A DNA stretch of 64,000 nucleotides from Anaerolineae bacterium. Lineage in GTDB: Bacteria > Chloroflexota > Anaerolineae > Anaerolineales > UBA11858. This document shows, piece after piece, positions 61,133 through 64,000 of this stretch. The stretch lies in the NCBI GenBank assembly GCA_011176615.1, contig DUEG01000001.1, forward strand, positions 209 through 64,208, in the 5' to 3' direction. The notes beneath the pieces were generated by a model. The model saw only the letters and a list, made by a program, of their open reading frames with translations, was not told the DNA's origin and did no database searches. A program made the translations under genes and the position numbers. The stretch's first letter is position 1; each line of letters begins with the position of its first letter.

Positions 61133-62619
61133 AACGGATAACAATTGATCCCATCACCCGTCTGGAAGGACACGGAAAGATAGAAATCTTTCTCAACGAG
61201 GAAGGAGAAGTTGCCAACGCTTATCTCCAAATCCCAGAACTTCGTGGATTTGAACAATTCTGCATTGGACGACCCGCGGAAGAGATGCCTCGGATAACAA
61301 ATCGGATTTGTGGTGTTTGTCCAGAAGCCCATCACATGGCTGCTACAAAGGCATTGGATGCCTTATTCCATGTTGAACCACCTTCTGTCACCAAAAAGTT
61401 GCGCGAATTGTTCTATTCAGCCTTCTATGTTACAGACCATACTGTTCACTTCTATGCCCTAGGTGGACCTGATTTTATCCTCGGACCTGATTCCCCTGCT
61501 GCAGAACGGAATATATTGGGTGTAATCCACAAAGTTGGCGTAGAAATTGGTAAAAAAGTTATTAATACGCGTAAGCGCAATCATCATGTCATCCAAATGC
61601 TTGGCGGACGCGGTATCCATCCGGTTGCGGGTCTCCCCGGCGGTTGGAGCAAAGCCATGACTAAAGAAGAAAGGGATGAAATCGAGGGTTATGCCAAGGA
61701 AAATGTAGAATTTGCCCTATTCAGCCTCCAACTATTTGAAGATATTGTCCTTGCTAACAAAGCCTATGTAGATTTGATCCTATCCGATGCTTTTACCCAC
61801 AAAACCTACTATATGGGAACAGTGGACAAAAACAACCAAATAAATTTTTATGATGGGATGATTCGAGTCGTTGGACCTGATGGCAAAGAGTTTGTGAAGT
61901 ATCACCCGGAGGACTATGCTAAACATATCGCCGAACATGTTGAACCTTGGTCTTACCTCAAATTTCCTTATCTTAAAGACATTGGTTGGAAAGGATTTGT
62001 GGATGGAAAGGACAGCGGCGTATATTGTGCAACGCCACTATCAAGGCTTAATGCTTCCGATGGAATGGCTACACCAAAAGCGCAGGAATTCTACGAGAAA
62101 TTTTATGAAACCTTGGGAAGTAAAAAAATTAACGGGCGTTATCAACCAGTCCATTATCGCCTTGCAACACATTGGGCTCGATTGATTGAATTGCTATATG
62201 CGGCAGAACGTATGCTTGAATTGGTTCAGGACCCTGAAATTACTGACCCCAATGTCCGCGCTCCAATAACGGAGAAACCCGATGAAGGTATTGGAGGAGT
62301 TGAAGCGCCCCGTGGAACGCTAACCCATCACTATGCCACAGATGAAAACGGCATCCTTACTAAAGTTAATCTAATCGTTGGAACCACAAATAACTATGCC
62401 CCTATCAGCATGTCTATAAAGAAGGCTGCCCAGGGATTAATCAAAAAGGGAACCATTATCTCTGATGGTCTATTAAACATGATCGAAATGGCTTTTCGCA
62501 ACTACGATCCTTGCATGTCATGCGCCACACACTCTCTACCTGGGCAGATGCCTCTAGAAGTCGTGATTCGTAATGTTGATGGGAATGAAATCGAGCGTTT
62601 AAGCCAGTTCATCAATTAA
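61129..62619 (+). CDS. mvhA: [NiFe]-hydrogenase large subunit, group 3c (MvhA) type
   Basis: N-terminal Ni-Fe ligand motif RICGVCPEAHH and C-terminal DPCMSCATH, followed by a 30-aa extension for proteolytic maturation. Confidence 0.9.
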   Translation: MKRITIDPITRLEGHGKIEIFLNEEGEVANAYLQIPELRGFEQFCIGRPAEEMPRITNRICGVCPEAHHMAATKALDALFHVEPPSVTKKLRELFYSAFYVTDHTVHFYALGGPDFILGPDSPAAERNILGVIHKVGVEIGKKVINTRKRNHHVIQMLGGRGIHPVAGLPGGWSKAMTKEERDEIEGYAKENVEFALFSLQLFEDIVLANKAYVDLILSDAFTHKTYYMGTVDKNNQINFYDGMIRVVGPDGKEFVKYHPEDYAKHIAEHVEPWSYLKFPYLKDIGWKGFVDGKDSGVYCATPLSRLNASDGMATPKAQEFYEKFYETLGSKKINGRYQPVHYRLATHWARLIELLYAAERMLELVQDPEITDPNVRAPITEKPDEGIGGVEAPRGTLTHHYATDENGILTKVNLIVGTTNNYAPISMSIKKAAQGLIKKGTIISDGLLNMIEMAFRNYDPCMSCATHSLPGQMPLEVVIRNVDGNEIERLSQFIN

Positions 62620-62672
62620 ACCTCTGTAACCCTGCGAGAACTTTTTGTTCTAACAGGATTTAATTAATATAT

Positions 62673-63170
62673 ATGAAAACTCTTGTTATTGGATTAGGAA
62701 ACCCCATCCTTACGGATGATGGCGTAGGAGTTAAAGTAGCATATCAGATTCAAGAGGATTTGTGTTCGGTACCGCATCCTGATATTGACATCACAGAAGC
62801 CTCTGTTGGGGGCTTGCATCTAATGGAAACAATGATCGGCTATGACCAAGTTTTCATTATCGATGCCATAATTCTTGAACATCAACCACAGCCAGGCAAG
62901 GTTCAACGCATGGCAATTGACGACCTACGCAACCTAAGCCCAACTCAACATAGTGCATCTGCTCACGATACAACATTAGTTACTGCATTGGATATGGCAA
63001 AACGAATAGGTCTGTCAATTCCCACTAAAATCGTGATTTATGCGATTGAAGTGGAGAATGTTCTCGAATTCAGCGAAACCACAACTTCAGAGGTATCTAA
63101 GAGCATTCCATTTGTTGCTCAAAAGATTATCGATGAATTAGCGATTGACTACAATCTCTCAATAAGTTAG
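62673..63170 (+). CDS. hydrogenase maturation endopeptidase (HyaD/HybD/FrhD family)
   Basis: VIGLGNPILTDDGVGV.. and ..FIIDAI.. motifs. 165 aa. Directly downstream of the large subunit. Confidence 0.85.
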   Translation: MKTLVIGLGNPILTDDGVGVKVAYQIQEDLCSVPHPDIDITEASVGGLHLMETMIGYDQVFIIDAIILEHQPQPGKVQRMAIDDLRNLSPTQHSASAHDTTLVTALDMAKRIGLSIPTKIVIYAIEVENVLEFSETTTSEVSKSIPFVAQKIIDELAIDYNLSIS

Positions 63171-63186
63171 AACTTTGGAGGGCGTT

Positions 63187-63687
63187 ATGATTTCACCTGA
63201 AACAATTCGTATGTATTCATTTTTCTCTGGTTTATCGAATGAGCAGATTATTCATCTGGCAAACGCTGCAGAGATAATTGATTTCGAAAAAGGACAATAT
63301 CTAATCGAAGAAGAGAAACCCTTAGAGAATTTCTTTATCGTCATCGAAGGAGAAATAGCCATCACAACAAAAGTTCCCGATCCAGAGAGGGCTCACGAGA
63401 CTTCCAAAATGATAACAGGCGAAGAACTGGAAAGCAAAGAAATCCAAACGAGCGTTATCGAAGGAGGTAATGTCTTTGCATGGTCTGCATTTATCCCCCC
63501 ATATATTGCTACCGCTAATGCAAAAGGGCTTACATCTGGAAAAGCAATTCAGTTTGATGCATTGAAATTACGGGAAATTTTCAAGCAAGACCCCCAATTT
63601 GGATACTTAATGACCCAAAAATCTGCCCAACTTATCCGGGACAGAATGAAGGATTTGCGTATCGAAACTCTTCTGTGTAAAGTTTAG
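63187..63687 (+). CDS. stand-alone cyclic-nucleotide-binding-domain (CAP effector domain-like) protein without an HTH
   Basis: ATG 63187 has GGAGGG upstream. FFSGLSNEQIIHLANAAEIIDFEKGQYLIEEEKPLENFFIVIEGEI is the beta-barrel N-terminus. The phosphate-binding-cassette position reads FAWSA (no Arg). The protein ends after the C-helix. Confidence 0.7.
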   Translation: MISPETIRMYSFFSGLSNEQIIHLANAAEIIDFEKGQYLIEEEKPLENFFIVIEGEIAITTKVPDPERAHETSKMITGEELESKEIQTSVIEGGNVFAWSAFIPPYIATANAKGLTSGKAIQFDALKLREIFKQDPQFGYLMTQKSAQLIRDRMKDLRIETLLCKV

Positions 63688-63868
63688 AAGACCAATACAT
63701 TTTCGTATGACTGTTATACCCAACGAAAGCGCGCGATAATCCGTCTCACTTGACCCAGGGAAAACCCTTTAAACCCGGCAGCCTGTACTGCGTTAATATG
63801 ATTACAGACTACCATCTGCATGCCTTCCTAATGTTTGATTTCTTTAATCGTCAATGCCAACTTTTTAT

Positions 63869-63972
63869 CCATAGGGTGACATTTCCATTGAACACTTAAG
63901 GGGTACCAATTTCGCTAAGCAATAAAAAAGACGCGCAGAATATTTGACATTTACTGATTAATGTTATATATT
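63869..63972 (+). repeat. copy 2 of the ~80-bp promoter-upstream module plus its promoter, facing out of the window
   Basis: GGTGACATTTCCATTGAACA (63875-63894) and GGTACCAATTTCGCTAAGCA (63902-63921), 27 bp apart. AAGACGCG at 63928-63935. TTGACA at 63944-63949, a 17-nt spacer, then TATATT at 63967-63972. Confidence 0.65.
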
Positions 63973-64000
63973 ATTAGTAAATTAAAAAGTAAGTAAGCGG

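Noticed and set aside
57568-62619. Selenocysteine recoding or split genes in hdrA, mvhD, mvhG and mvhA, as occurs in some methanogen and deltaproteobacterial homologs.
   Set aside because: All four frames are continuous, with Cys at the expected cluster and ligand positions. There are no in-frame TGA codons and no SECIS-like hairpin was needed.
1-64000. CRISPR arrays, IS elements, prophage genes, toxin-antitoxin pairs, restriction-modification or other canonical defence genes.
   Set aside because: I saw no regularly spaced direct repeats, no transposase, integrase or recombinase-like ORFs, and no nuclease, helicase or methylase motifs among the tracked ORFs. Apart from the TPR/peptidase operon, the window looks like core chromosome.

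Overview
This is a 64-kb, gene-dense, AT-rich chromosomal segment (roughly 40% GC by eye). I saw no rRNA, CRISPR array, transposase or integrase. Several traits suggest a Chloroflexota/Anaerolineae-like bacterium, but that is inference only: Pro/Thr-rich linkers in secreted proteins, twin-arginine L,D-transpeptidases, an hdr-mvh cluster, strong GGAGG Shine-Dalgarno sites and many TTG/GTG starts. Housekeeping genes include proS, tRNA-Pro(GGG), mnmA, rplY/ctc, smpB, transaldolase, a PPi-type phosphofructokinase, PGM/PMM, TatD and a polyprenyl synthase. There is a minus-strand fatty-acid beta-oxidation block (TetR, MBL hydrolase, two ACADs, FadN-like enzyme, thiolase, SCP2). Two MoeA genes sit close together, one fused to a PBP-like domain. 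Envelope proteins include two Tat L,D-transpeptidases, an M23 peptidase, a CE4 deacetylase, a class-A-like serine hydrolase and tandem LamG-like lipoproteins. There is a phasin/PhaR-like pair and a complete hdrCBA-mvhDGA [NiFe]-hydrogenase/heterodisulfide reductase operon with its maturation protease and a stand-alone cNMP-binding-domain protein. The best candidate for an undescribed system is the operon at 38036-46641. It encodes a 2-TM miniprotein, an 1855-aa TPR giant and an 885-aa TPR protein whose C-terminal domain looks like a cytoplasmic gingipain/C25-type (clan CD) cysteine peptidase with a predicted His591/Cys645 dyad. Non-coding signals of interest: an ~80-bp promoter-upstream module present twice (2715-2816 and 63869-63972); an AGAACGCG box placed identically in the proS-leader and tRNA-Pro promoters; a proS leader with a Pro-containing mini-ORF and a terminator; a CRP-type palindrome upstream of hdrC; and operator-like palindromes at the TetR and phasin promoters. 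All functional calls rest on motif recognition by eye. No database search was run.
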